A stretch of DNA of 64,000 nucleotides, taken from positions 4,790,907-4,854,906 of the forward strand of contig CAVNZM010000001.1 in assembly GCA_963693365.1 (NCBI GenBank), written 5' to 3'. This stretch comes from Amoebidium appalachense (lineage: Eukaryota; Protista; Ichthyosporea). The notes under the pieces were generated by a model that made no database searches, was not told where the DNA came from, and was given only the letters and a program-made list of their open reading frames with translations. Positions 24,984 to 38,566 of the stretch are shown piece by piece (position 1 is the first letter of the stretch; each line of letters starts with the position of its first letter). A program made the translations under genes and the position numbers.

Positions 24984-25939
24984 TGGGGACTGGGACGTGG
25001 TATAAGGCATGGGTGTGCCCTACCGTGCGTGTGTGCTCGTGTGGAACTAACTGGGTTGTGGATGGCTGCTAAGGCCGTACACTTCCATGTGTGTTGCCCC
25101 CCTGGGGAGAGGGGGGGGGGGGGGGGGGGGGGAGAAGGGAGGGGTGTAGGGAGTGGGGGAAGGGGGATGAAGGAGGCACAGACAGGAGGGTTCAAATATG
25201 TTTCATAAACAAATTTCAAGTGGGTGGTGGATGAGGAGGGAGTGAGTAGGTGTGTGGTTGGTTGGGTTCATTGAAGGGGGAGGGGGGGGGAGGGGGGGGG
25301 GGGGGGGGGGGGTGGAGAGAGAGAGAGAGAGAGAGATACAATCATTTGTCTGTATGCCTTCCCACCTTTCTTGTGCTGGAATGTGCATATGCACGTGCGT
25401 GTATTATCTATATATATAATGCGTTGTTTGCCGGACCTCATATCCGGAATTTGGAGGGGACCTAAGGCCAATTTGTGAGGCATCAAAAACCATCGAAACG
25501 TTGCTTAGTTGTTTTTATGACATCAAAATCGCTAAATATTCTTGAGATACTAATGAAAAAGTCTAAAATAACTATATATTTGATAATGAGAAAATTGAAA
25601 TATAGAGCCCTAAAGTTGGGCCCGAGAGGATGTACGTACTCGGGGCTTTGAAATAAAAAGTAAAAAAACCAGCGGTTTCGGAGTCTACTGTGAATACGCT
25701 GGGCTGAATGACGGCAGAGATCAGGTAATTCCCGTATCAAAACGGTTTTCGTTTCTAACCCAGAATGGAACGCACTTTTTTTTAGAGAAATTCGGCGACA
25801 TTTTTTTTACAAAGTACTATATCATTGGTACAACGACATTTTGAAACTTTTAATGTAATAGAACTACCAATCCAATCACAAAAACCTCAAAGGTCTACCA
25901 ACACCGGTTTAGGGGGACACGGGGATGAGGACGGTAAAT

Positions 25940-25993
<54 letters not shown>

Positions 25994-26001
25994 GGCCTGT
26001 G

Positions 26002-26036
<35 letters not shown>

Positions 26037-26211
26037 TGTACATTTTAATGTTTTAATAGCAGACAGTTGTTGAACAAAAATAGAGTAAAAAACACAACTA
26101 AATCAACTCAGTAATGCCGGTGAATATGACATTTGGGGCGAGTGTACTAGAAGGGTTTGTGGCTGATAATGATTATTTTTTTACACTAGAGCTAGGGTGA
26201 TTCAAGCTGGG

Positions 26212-26243
<32 letters not shown>

Positions 26244-27038
26244 TACATAGTGTGCTACCACCGCCACTGCCCAGGTTCCCCCGTGGGAGGGGGGCAAGAA
26301 AGGGGGGGGGGGGGGGGGGGGGGGGAATGAAAGGGAAAAGGGTCATAACATTTGGCAGATCCGGCAACTGCAGGATTGGGGGGGGGGGGGGGGAGGGGGG
26401 GGGGGGGGGGGGGGGGGAGGGGGGGAGGGAGATAACAACCACACAACCCAACTCAATAACTGTCTCGTTATGTTTTGGCGACAGCCGGCGCACAGACCTA
26501 CTTGTACACAAGAACATTGTGTGGCCGTGTAAGGGCTGGCGCAGGGGGGGGGGGGGGGGGGGGGAGGGGGGGGTGGCTCAAAACACCCACCCATATTGAA
26601 TTTTCCCCAGGAAGCACACTATTCTCTCCACCACCTCCCACGGGAGTTTCCACCAGTGGGCCTGAGAGTGTAGGGGGCCGTCTGGCCCACAGGCCCTCAT
26701 GCTATAAATAGCGTGAACCTGACGCTGTAGCTCCAGCGGGAACCTGGTATGGGTCTTGGGGGTCCATGGGTGTGTCATAGCATAGTGCCACTGCGTGTGT
26801 GTTGGTGCGCATGTGTGCATGTGTGTATGTGTGTAATGTGTTTGTCAATGCATGAGCGCACATATCTTAGAGTGAGTAGGTGGTGTGTTGGGTGTGTGTG
26901 TGTGTGTGTGTGTGGCGGCCAGATGTGAGTGCGGGTATGAAGAGCAAATGTAAGGCTGCGGGTACTAGAGTGGAATACGGGAAATACTGCAGCACAGGGC
27001 CACGAAACTGGAAATAGGGGAGAAATGAAGACAGAAAG

Positions 27039-27078
<40 letters not shown>

Positions 27079-27691
27079 ACTATGGGGAGAGGTAGATTGT
27101 GTATGGGATGTGTGTCGCTGTTACCTATTCAGTGCTGATGATGGATGGGTACATACTGCAAATTCACCCACCCACAAAATTCCGGATTTGCGATATAAAC
27201 AATCAAACATGCTGCGTGCACACACACACCCATCTCCCCGATTCTGTCTATCTCTTTACCCCTCCCCCCCTCCCCCCCCCCCTTCTCCCGACCACCACCA
27301 AAGTCTCCCAACATCCCACTTGCGGGTTGGGTAGGGAGGAGCCGAGAAGAGGAGGGGGGAAGAATGGGGGAGTAGTTACTTCTCCAAGTGTGATTGCCAC
27401 TTCGGGATGGTTGTTGATTACAGCTACATCCACAGCAGTATAGCCAGCCTGTGTATGTGTGTGTGTGTGTGTGTGTGTGTATGTTTATGTATGTGTGAAT
27501 GCATGTGTGCTTGCACGTATGTGCCTGTGCCTGTGTGTCACTGCATATACCCGTTTGAGTGTGGTGGTCGGTAGAGCAAGTGCTGGAAGGCCGTGATCCA
27601 CTTTGGACATACAGACATACAGGAAAGAGGGAGGCTTGAGCAAGTGCACGTGGTGGTAGGGGTGGGAATGGAGAAAGGGATGAGGGGTCAG

Positions 27692-27727
<36 letters not shown>

Positions 27728-28547
27728 AGGGGGGTTGACTTAGAGTTACAAACGACAGACAGAACCTGGTTGGGTTGGGGTTGGGACCGTTTCTGTTCCT
27801 CTTCCACACGGGGGAAGGAGGGGGCGTGGTGGCGGGGGGGGGGGGGGGGGGGGGGGGGGGGGAGGGAGGGGTAAAGATTAGGATGGTTTGAGACTGGTAA
27901 TGTGAGTTGAGGCCCTATGGACAGGTGACCACAGAGGTTATTCGGCCCCATCACGAGAAGCGTACGATTCATTTCCTGAAGATGGCTGCGCAAAACACAG
28001 AGAAAAGATGTTTACATACATGCGGCATAGTTGAGGGACGATAAAAGATTCCTCGTGTTCTCAGACATTTCATTCGGTGAGTCTTAGAGAATTTACCGTA
28101 CCTCCAAACAATCAGCAGCTACCACCCCACTACACTCAGATATCCCTCTTGGCGCAATAACTCACGGTATGGGTAAACAAGAACACACCTCTAGCAGACG
28201 TGTCATACATATGGGCCGAAGACCTGAAGCTTGAGGGGGCAAAGGGCCGGTGTGAGTGTTTGTGTTTGAGTGTGTGTGCGTGTGTGTGTATATTTTTTTT
28301 TGGGGGGGGGGGGGAGGGGGGAGGAAGGGGAGGGAGGGAGGGAGGGGGGGGGGGGGGGGGGGGGGGGGGAGGCAAGGGGGAAGGCAGGTGGGGGATAGTA
28401 CGTTTTCTCTCGTAAGCATGTCGGCACCGGCACGAAGCAGCACTTTGCAGATGTCGGTGTTGCCCTCGGCAGCAGCAACATGGAGGGGAGAGGCTCCAAA
28501 CTGTGTGCGTGTGCGTGTGCGTGTGCGTGTGCGTGTGCGTGTGCGTG

Positions 28548-28604
<57 letters not shown>

Positions 28605-28710
28605 GTTGTCTTTCATGTATGTGATGTGCAGGTGTATGGCGAACGTTTATTTTTTTTTTTTTTTTTGGGGGGGGGGGGGGGGTTAGGTTTTGGAGGGGAT
28701 TTGAGTGGTT

Positions 28711-28752
<42 letters not shown>

Positions 28753-28914
28753 CCGGGTTGGGGGGGGGGGGGGGGGGGGGGGGGGCGAGAGATATCGTGT
28801 TTGGCACACACAATGGAAAGTCCAAAAAAACAACCGGGTCGAACCCGAACCTACGACCTTCGATTGCAGGCGTTCTGCCAACTACAAATCCACTTGGGTC
28901 TAACGACCAATAAT

Positions 28915-28997
<83 letters not shown>

Positions 28998-29349
28998 CTT
29001 TGTGCATGTGGACATTTTTGTGTGTGCATGTACGTGTGTGTCCGTGATGGCGGGTAATTTCAAAGCACATGGCCTAAACAGAAAGTAAGGAGCTGGAAAG
29101 AAGGGGCAATACACTGAATGGCATATAATCTGTTCGAGGAATAGTGATGGGGGTCCTTTTGCATGGTAAAAGGGGTAGTGGTGGTAAAATTATGGGGGGT
29201 TTAATTTTTCTTTTGGGGGGGTTGGGGGGGAGGGGGGGATGTTGGTACATGAATGTTTCTGACGGACACAAGGCTGCCGGCAGAGGCCAAAAGGGAGACA
29301 ACATCAACACTGCCTCCCTGTGCCGCATAGTGAAGAGGGGTGCTCCCTG

Positions 29350-29432
<83 letters not shown>

Positions 29433-29749
29433 GTGCGTGTGTGTGTGTTCAATTTAGTGGATGTACGGGTCCTATATCTGCAGATCCAATCGCATAAAAT
29501 AACACAAGGCTACCATTGATTTTTAGAAATGATGTTCCGGCAGCCGGAGAGGATAAGGGAGGAGGAGGAGGGCGGGAGGGGTCAGGTTTGCGGGAAGGAG
29601 AGTTTGAATCTAAAACAGGCTTCGTGCAAGACAAGGGAATAAGGGAAAACCTGCCACCATGGGGAAATGTGCCATTAGGTATCAACGTCTCTCTGACCAC
29701 ATATTTTCTGTTCTCCTCTATTCCTCTGTTCTTTTTGTTCACTTTCATT

Positions 29750-29782
<33 letters not shown>

Positions 29783-30271
29783 TTCTTCTTCTTCTTCTTC
29801 TTTTTTTTTTTTTTTTTTTTTGGGGGGGGGGGGTTAGGGGGAGACACGGAAGGGGTTAGGGGGAGACACTCATGGGGTGCAACATGTGTGTTTCGGTACT
29901 TGGGCAAATCTGAAAAGGACTGTGGTGCAAAAAAAGGTGTGTGGTCGGAAGGTGTCTGTCCGAGGCAAGGCATGGCTGTCGTGGAGGCAATGTGCCTGGG
30001 GGTAGGACCCTTTTATGCTGCATTATCAGGAAAAAGGAGAAAAGAAATAAAACTATCGGGGGTTGCAGGGGGGGAAGGCAGGGATGGAAGGGCGAGAGAG
30101 CAAGGGGGAGGGGGGGAGGGGAGGCTGAGAGAGGGAGAGAGCGGGGAGGGGGGGGGAAGGAGAAAGAGAGAGAGATACATAGAAAGGGAGAGGAAGAGTG
30201 GAGCTGCTGTGGATGGAAAAATGTACGACTGAAGGGATATGTTTGGGGTTTTTTCTTTTGTGTGTGTGTGT

Positions 30272-30305
<34 letters not shown>

Positions 30306-30548
30306 TACAAACAGGTATCGCAAAATACAAAAATACACAACGAAATACAGGCTGTAACTTACAGAGTTGCATTTTGAGAATTTGGGGCGGGTGGGTGGGG
30401 GTGGGGTAGGAAGGGGAGCGGGGAGAGGGGGGCGAGGGGGAGGATACCCACACGATTGGCTGCCGAGGGATTGGCGCCCCGGCTTAAAAGAAGAGAGACG
30501 ATGGATGAGTGGCCGTACTTGGATGCATAGTGGAGGGCAGACGTGTGG

Positions 30549-30629
<81 letters not shown>

Positions 30630-31146
30630 GAAAAATGGTTAGACCTTTAAGAACGGGGATGGTGGTAGGAACTGGACAGACGCTGTACGGTGATGTGCCT
30701 GGGCAAAGGTACTATCATGAGTGAAGAGAACTAAAGGTGTGATGCCTTTCGACAATGTGTGGGAGTAGTGTTGAATATCTATGGAAATGAGCTGTCCTGG
30801 TATGGTTACACTTGCTGCTTTGCATCAATACACTTGCTGCGTTTCTAAAATCTTTTTTCTCTTTCTCTTCTCCCCTCCCCCCCTCCTCCCTCCCTCCCCC
30901 CGCGTCATCTCACTGCCTTGTGATCATGATGTGGTGTGCGTGAAGTCTTATCAACCACCAACTTGATCCTCACTCTTGCCCCCCACACTGTCACACGTAG
31001 ATCATTAACAAATAGCCATCTAAACACCTCCCATGTGCACGTACCGCTGGTTCGCATATGTCAGCACTACCCCTCCTGTCCAGGTGCAACAGTACTTTTT
31101 CAAGGTCCCCATGTTTGGCCGCTTCTAATACTTCGCTAGCGTCCAT
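23375..31146 (-). CDS. Ankyrin-repeat protein (5 repeats) with a C-terminal F-box-like motif and a Pro-rich tail; 6-8 exons
   Basis: Exons: 31146-31045 (MDASEVLEAAKHGDLEKV...), 30550-30452 (FHTSALHYASKYGHSSIVSLLLSRGANPSAANR), 29350-29249 (AGSTPLHYAAQGGSVDVVSLL...), 28500-28402 (FGASPLHVAAAEGNTDICKVLLRAGAD...), 27448-27380 (AGYTAVDVAVINNHPEV...), 26790-26591 (WTPKTHTRFP...LPWEVVERIVCFL). Tentative further exons: 24822-24693 and 23488-23375. All are GT-AG and phase-compatible. Without the tentative splices the protein would stop at 26578 or 24678. Confidence 0.85.
25431..25934. mobile_element. Possible MITE or DNA-transposon relic in an ankyrin-gene intron
   Basis: AT-rich, repeat-free island of about 500 bp with loose inverted ends: CCGGACCTCAT at 25431 and ATGAGGACGG|TA ending at 25934. 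Confidence 0.3.
28824..28908 (-). pseudogene. tRNA-derived relic or SINE-like head in an ankyrin-gene intron
   Basis: Minus strand reads TAGACCCAAGTGG (A-box-like)...TGGCAGAACGCCTGCAATCGAAGGTCGTAGGTTCGGGTTCGACCCGG (B-box GGTTCGACCC), followed by T7. There is no intact cloverleaf. Confidence 0.45.
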
Positions 31147-31620
31147 GGTCTGGCTCCATTATGTAACACTCTCGCCGACGATTGCGCTGCCTGCAGGTTG
31201 TCTTTTCAAGTGCACAGGCGTATTTTCTCATGTACATACAAATGGTTAGGGGAGTGACATGAAACCAAGCTTGAAATTCAAACTGTATATATGTAGTCAC
31301 TGAGTACACTTCGCTTCAGTGTTGGTGAGTTGCTGGCCGTGGCTTTGCGGTTGCAGGGTTTATTTGAAAAATTCATTCTGCCCGCCTATGCATCGGATTG
31401 GCTATCATATAAGAGATGTCCTTATTTGGTTTTATTGCGCAATCCCAAATTTGGAACTTTGGGCGGGACAGTTTGCCGGCCCTCAGCGACGTCACACCAG
31501 GTGCATCCACCACGGCCAATTGCCTGAGGTTTGTATCCACAAGAAGGATAGCTTTAGCATTTGTGTGACCGAAAGAAACATACCGAGCATATCACACCGG
31601 ACACTTATTAGTCCTGCAAC
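31147..31620. promoter_or_regulatory. Short bidirectional promoter between the ankyrin gene and the TPR-MYND gene
   Basis: Divergent ATGs at 31146 (-) and 31621 (+) are separated by 474 repeat-free nt. Opposed CCAAT boxes: GATTGG at about 31396 and CCAAT at about 31516. Confidence 0.55.
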
Positions 31621-34600
31621 ATGACCAACCGAGTAAGCCACACGCTTATGTCCTACAAGCACCTACTACATCCAGAGGAGCTTGCAAAGGAGTTTGACTG
31701 CCTGAGCCATCCTGAGTGCTTCGACTATGACCTGTCTGGCCCCCACAGCTTACCACTGCGCATACGGCCGCCTTGCATGTTCTGGTAATGGGCGCTCCTT
31801 AGGAGCCTGCTTTACGTGCGGGCTGCACATTGCAGACAACAGTCGTGAAGCAAGGGCAGTGTTGAAGAGACGACTGACAACACCGGAGTTGGTTACGGGA
31901 AAGTCGGAGTCATGGCAAGACATCAGACTGCAGACCGTGTCTGCCCTGAACGCGCTGCTTCTTGAAATGGTATCCAACTCATATCATTTATTCTATGACT
32001 CTTTGGTGTGTGGATAGGAGCGGGTGGCTGTTGTTGTAAGGAACGGTTCATGGGTGAGGGGATAGGGGAAAAGGAAAATTTGTGGGTAGAAGGGCTGAGA
32101 GGAGTGAGAAAGGAGGGGATCAAGTTGGGGACGGGGGAGGTTGGGGAGGAGGGAGGGGGGGGGGGGGGAGGAAGGACGGAGATGTGGGGTGTGTGTATTT
32201 GGGGGGAGGGGGGGCGGGGGGCGGGGGAGGGGGGGGGGGAGAGAGAGAGAGAGAGAGAGACAGAGAGGGGAGAAAGGGGAGAGAAGAGGGTAGCAAGATA
32301 GGGGGGGAGATAGAGCAAGCGAGAAACAGGATTTTGAGAAAGTGAGAGAGGTGTGTGTGGGTGGGTGGGATGGGGGGGGGGGGGGGGGGGGGGGGGAAAG
32401 GGGGAGAAGGCAAGTGAGATATGACACTGAGAAAGCTTATCTGCACTCGTTGACGATATCTATCTGCTCGTGTTTCATACTGGACACGCAGGTGTTTTTC
32501 GAACCCCCCCCCCCTCCCCCCTTCTGCTTCCATGCTTTTTGAATGTTTTTGTATGGTTTCTAATTTTGTATGTTTGTGACCATTTAATTTTGTCTCGGCC
32601 CGGGGCGTTTACAGCACTGTTCATCTCATTCTCTGCCACCCCACAACCTACCAACAATTCTCAACAAAGCCCTCTCCCTTTCTTTCCCCTTCCCCTCCAC
32701 CTTTACCCCTAAGTACCTCCCACTGCTTATATCCCCCCCCCCCCCCCCCCTCCCCCCCCCTCCCCCAGGGGCTCTGCTTTTACAATACACTCTGGGCTGA
32801 TTATTTGTGTGCCATTTGATGTGCTATTTCCTTTTTTTTCGTGGCTATCTTAGTTCGCCTCAAGTTGTACCTTCCTCCCCCCTCCCCCCCTCCCCCTCCT
32901 CCCCCTCCCCCTCCTCCCCCTCCCCTTCCCCCCCCTTCCCCGCGACCCCCTTCCCCAACCCCCCATCACCACCACGCATGTCCCCTTTGCTACGTAGGCA
33001 GGTCCTGAACTCTCACCTAACAAATGTGCTTTGGTCTTCTTCCAACCCCCTCCCACCCTTCCCCCTCTCCCCCATCCCCCTACCTCTCTTACGTCCCCCT
33101 CCCCCTCCCCCCCCCCCCCCCCCCCCACCGGGTGCACATACACACACAGTATGATCAATATGAGATCAGCCACACGCTGGGGCTCCACTCCATCCCCGAT
33201 CTCCGAATGTTTCTGATCCGTGAGTGCAAGATTGTGCCCACACTGGTGGCCATGTTGCGCGATTATATCACCGATACCAAAAAGGAAAGATGCGGAGAAA
33301 AACCCCACGCCGTCACAGCCAGGCTCAAACACGAAATATTGCGACCAATCAGATGCCGTCCCTTACCACTGCATGTTCGTTCTGGGCAAGTTAGTCGATT
33401 TTTTAGCCAAGATGAAACTGGGATCTGGGGCACTACCGGGTTTGAAGGCGCAATATTTGGTTGCCACAGAGGAGATATCGAACGCGGGTGGTGTTGATGT
33501 AATGTTGCAATACGTGAATGGGCAGTACGGTATCGTGCAGGCGATAGCAGCCACATGGCACTGAGGCAGATCACAGGGTATGCCGTGGCATGCCGTGCCG
33601 TGGTCAGGTGCCCAGATGCAAGCGCACTTGCTGTTATGTTTCATCCGAGCGCGTTCAGTCGCATCATGAACGAGTCGTTCGATTCACGGAGTGAACTTTC
33701 ACCTGGAGAGTTGGCGGTGGTTTGTGATTCTGTTCCAGGCACACGCGAACTAGCGAACCCTTTTACGCTGACGTATGCGGAGGCAAGAAAATGCTTACGG
33801 AACAGGTTGGCCCCAGCGATGGAAGGTGCGGGAGACATAATGGCGATTGTGGTGAGGGAGGTGGGGGTGGTGGCGGCACAGGCAACGATAGCAAACGAGA
33901 AAGCAATGGCTGCTATGTGGGGGTGGCTGTGTGTGCCGTGGCTACAGAGTCGTTGGAGCAGTCGGTTATGACGTCGGCGGCAATTCTGTTAACGGCACTG
34001 ACAAAGGTGGGTGTGTGTGGGGGGGAGGGTGGGTGGGGAGGGAGGAGGGGGGTGGAGGGAGGGAGGGGGGGGGGGGTAGGGGGTTGTGTGTGTGTGGGGG
34101 GGGGGGAGGGGGGTTGGGTGGGGGGAGGGGTATTTGTGTGAGTGTGTGTGCGTGTGTGGGGAGGGGGGGGGGAGAGGGGGGAGGGGGGAGGGTTCGTATG
34201 TACGGGTGTGTGTTGGTGTGTGTGTGTGTGTCATGGTACGTGTGCGGGTGGTCAGGCGTTTATGCTGGTGTTCAGGTGTTGGTGTGTGTGTGTGTGTGTG
34301 TTTGGGGGGGGGAGGGGAAGGAGGGGGGATATGTTGGTGTGAGTGTGGATGGGTGGGTGGATGGATTGGCTTTGTGTTCCGTGGAATCTGGATAGGAAGG
34401 GTGTCGTAGGGAAGGTGTGGAGGGGCTGGTGGAGATGGAGGGGTGAGAGTGGGGTGTAGGGGGGCTGTGGGTGGCCTGCCGATATGTAAGTGTGTATTTG
34501 TGTGTGTGTGGGGGGGGGGGGAAGGGGGGGAGGGGGAGGGAAGGAGGGGCACCCCACTCATTTTTATTTATTTTTTATTTTTATTTTTTTTTTTTGGGGG

Positions 34601-35117
34601 GGGGGGGGGGGGAAGGGAGGGAGGGGAAGCGGGAGAGGAGGGAGAATTCTGTTGCTATTATTATCATATGTGCTTTCGGTCACCCTCCACGTTTCTCTCT
34701 GTTTTCCCTCTCGCATTCTCCCTTCCTCCGTTCCTTTTAACATGCCCCCCCCCCCCCTCACCCCCCCCCCCCCAGTACAAAGCCACGGCCGAGCAGCTAC
34801 TCGACCAGCACGATCTGATTGGACAATTCGAGCGAATTATCTACATGCCCATGTTCTGGCCCCTGCATGATAACTTAAAGGCAGTGCGCAACACTGTGGC
34901 CCACGGGGGCAGGTGCCTAAAGGAAGCCGCAAACTCGGATGCTATTTTGGTGGTGGTGGCGGCATAGACGGAGTCGAGTCTGGCGGTCGTGCAGGAGCCA
35001 GCACTGGAGGTGGGTGTCTTTAATAGTCCACTCTGGGGGCTTGGGAATAGTCACTGTAGGTGTCTTTAATAGTCCACTGTAAGTGCTTCTTTAAGAGTCC
35101 ACTGTGAATTGACCGGG

Positions 35118-35152
<35 letters not shown>

Positions 35153-36045
35153 AAAGGGATGCAACATGAAATAGAGCCCTTCTCAGGAGAGAGGGGGGGG
35201 GGGGGGAGGGGGGGGGGGGAGGGGAGAGAGTAATCGAGCCTGGCGTCAAGGGGAATACAGGTAGGATCGCATGGGGTCAAGACTGAGCCTGCATGGCCGT
35301 GCACAGATAGTCAAGAGCCTATTGACCCTGCCTGCCACTGCCACCGAGAAGGCTGAAAATACTTAGCGGTTGCTCAAGGCTGGCCTGAGGGTGCGGGTAC
35401 GTGTATTGGGGGGGGAGGGGGGGGGGGGGGGCCTGGAGGGAAGGGGGAGGGGGGAGGAGCTAACCCCCCGACCGGTGTGGGGGCGGGCCCTGGGGTGGAA
35501 GAGGGGGAGGGGGGGGGGGGGGGGGGGAGGGGGGATGGGGTGAATGTGAAGGAGGAATAGGGAGGATGTGCAGGTCCGAAGTGGGGATAGATGGGGAAGT
35601 GGATGTTTGTTTGTTTGCTTTTTTTGTTTTTGTTTTTCCTATTTTTTTCCCGGGGGGGGAAGGGGGGGGGGGGGGGGGGGTTGAGCGTGTATATGCATCT
35701 GGGTGTGCTTGTAGGTGGGTGTGAATTGCTACGGAGGGATATGGGTGATTGGGTGAGTGGGCCTGTGTGGGTGCTGTGTTGGGTTTGTTTGGATGGCGCA
35801 CGTGCATGCATGTGTACGTCAGTGCATGTGTTTCTCCCTCCACCTTCCCCCCCCCCCTCCCGCCCACGCACACACACACCCAGCGCCCACCTTCCCCATG
35901 CCACCCACTTAGCATAATTGTCCTCGGTCAGTCACATCAGTTTGCGCGTGCACACACGCACACACACACATATTCACCCACCCACTGACCAGCATGCAAC
36001 ACACGCACGCAACCACACACACACACACATACACACACAAACACA

Positions 36046-36095
<50 letters not shown>

Positions 36096-36520
36096 CACAC
36101 TATGTGCACACACTCCTGCACGTCTGCCGAAACAAAGCCAGTCACACACACACGCGCACATGTCACACACGGACATTTCTGTACACACACACACACAAAC
36201 ACCACACACACACACAGTCACTGCGGGAGATGGAGGGTGAGGAGAATGGGCGCACTGCTCTGCACATTGTGCAACTGATAAAGACACATGCCCCCACGGA
36301 GTTTAAAGTAACCCCCCCCTTCCCCCCCCCCCCCCCCCCCCCCAATCCCACCCCACCCCCCTCCCCTGTCCCTGCCCTTCCGCGAAATAGAATACGAGAA
36401 TAAATATATGCACGTGCTTACACTTTTGGTGTGCGTGCATTTCAGCATCCACACACCCAGCACGGGATATAGCAAAGAATCAAAATGAACAAAGAGGAAA
36501 GAGCCGAGAAAGCACATCAG

Positions 36521-36560
<40 letters not shown>

Positions 36561-37172
36561 CACATACACCCACATTCACATGTTCGCCCATGCACACCTA
36601 CGCACACACGCATGCATGCGCGCACACGCACACGCACACGCACACGCTCACACACTCGCTCACTCACGCAGACTCATTCACTCGCGCTCCCCCCCCCCCC
36701 CCCTCCCCCCCTCCCCCCAAACACACACACAGAGGGATACACAAGGCGCCACTCATGCACAAACCAACCATACAACACACATTCCCCTCCCCTTCCCACC
36801 AAGCCCACCCACCCCACCCACCCACCCACACAGAGACACATGCACACACACACACAGTCTCACGGGAATTTACACATGCCTTGTCACCCGCACACACGTT
36901 TTGAATCATGCTCACCCATATACACATGGGCACACATGTGTGCATGCAAGCATTATGCACACACACAGCCAGACCTCTCCCCCCCTCCCTCCCCATGTAT
37001 ATTCTTACATGATGTGCCCATGCAGCCAAGGATATAGATGGCCCAATCAGTTTAGGTGAACAAGCATCTGGGTTTCAGCTGAAAGGAAACCCCTCCCCTT
37101 TCTTCTCGTCTATATGCATATGCCATAAAAATGTCTACCTTTCCTACAACTTGCTGACTAATTCTGAGCCAA

Positions 37173-37204
<32 letters not shown>

Positions 37205-37824
37205 TTCCCCCCCCCTTCCCCCCACCCCCCTCTCTCACCCCCACCCCCCCCCCCCCCCCTTTTCCTCCCTTCTCCCTCTCCCTCTCCCTCCTCTCTCTCT
37301 CCCTCTCCCTCCCTCCTCTCTCTCCCTCCTCTCTCCCCTCCCCCCCCCCCCTCCCCCCCAACCACCCCCCCCCCCCCCCCTTCCCCTCTCCCCCTCTTTC
37401 CCCCCACTCCATCCCCCACTTACAGGCGCACGAAGCGTATTGGTCGAGAATCTCCAAACCCAGTGAGGATGCATTGCAGAGATTAGTTGATAGCAGTCTG
37501 GATGGCCTGGCCGTGGAGGAGATCATGAGTGAGGCGCTCGAGAAACCATTGGAGAAGGCACTGAGCGAGGGTAGATACCAAGACGCCATGGACATGTACG
37601 TGTGCATGACTTTAAAAAATGAAACACATACGGGACCCTAGTTTTGTTTTTTAATAACATGTATGTGCACATAACATTTAGATTATGAAACACACACGGG
37701 ACATAACATGAAACACACACAGGGCTTTTTTTGTTTTTTTATAAACATGTATGTATGTGTGCACAGCATTTGGCATGAATCACACCCACACATGCCACTT
37801 TCCCTAATTTACTCTCTCTCTCTC

Positions 37825-37857
<33 letters not shown>

Positions 37858-38116
37858 AAGAAAAAAAAAAAAAAAAAAGAAACCTCCTTCCAGGAAAAAA
37901 AAATAAAAAAAATGAAGGCTTACATACACAATTGCCTCGTTGCCTGACTGTGTGTGTATCCATCTGTTACCCCACTCCGCTCCATACAACTCTCCGAACA
38001 ACAACATAGCCCATTCTCTCGTAATTCTTTGTTTTCTCCTTTGCATTACTCACTTGAACACACACGCGCGCCAATGCGCAAACCACCTCCTTCTTCCCCC
38101 TGCCCAACCAACCCTT

Positions 38117-38148
<32 letters not shown>

Positions 38149-38166
38149 TTCCTGCCTCCTCCCCCT

Positions 38167-38201
<35 letters not shown>

Positions 38202-38502
38202 ACACACACACACAGAAATTTGGGTTCCATGTGCGGTGCCGGCAGTGGAGGGAACTCCTGCGCCAACATTTACGGCATGACTGCACACTTTGCGCTTGCG
38301 AGCGGAGACAAGGAGAAGGCAGTCATGTACGCCACACATGCACTGTGCCAGACTTTTGCACAGCAGACAGAGCTGTATGATAAGTTTTTGAGCGTTCGGT
38401 GGACGGCTTTTGAGAAGTTGGGGAAGAAGTATGAGGTGGGTGGTGTGGGTGGGCAATGTTTTTTTTTTTTTTTTTTTTTTTTTGTTGTTGTTGTTGTTGT
38501 TG

Positions 38503-38566
<64 letters not shown>

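Noticed and set aside
34965-34967. TAG reassignment or readthrough (in-frame TAG here and at 17283)
   Set aside because: TAG appears to terminate PDZ1 (12229-12231) and the nucleoredoxin-like gene (45766-45768), and no TAG occurs within the 643 NEDD4 codons.
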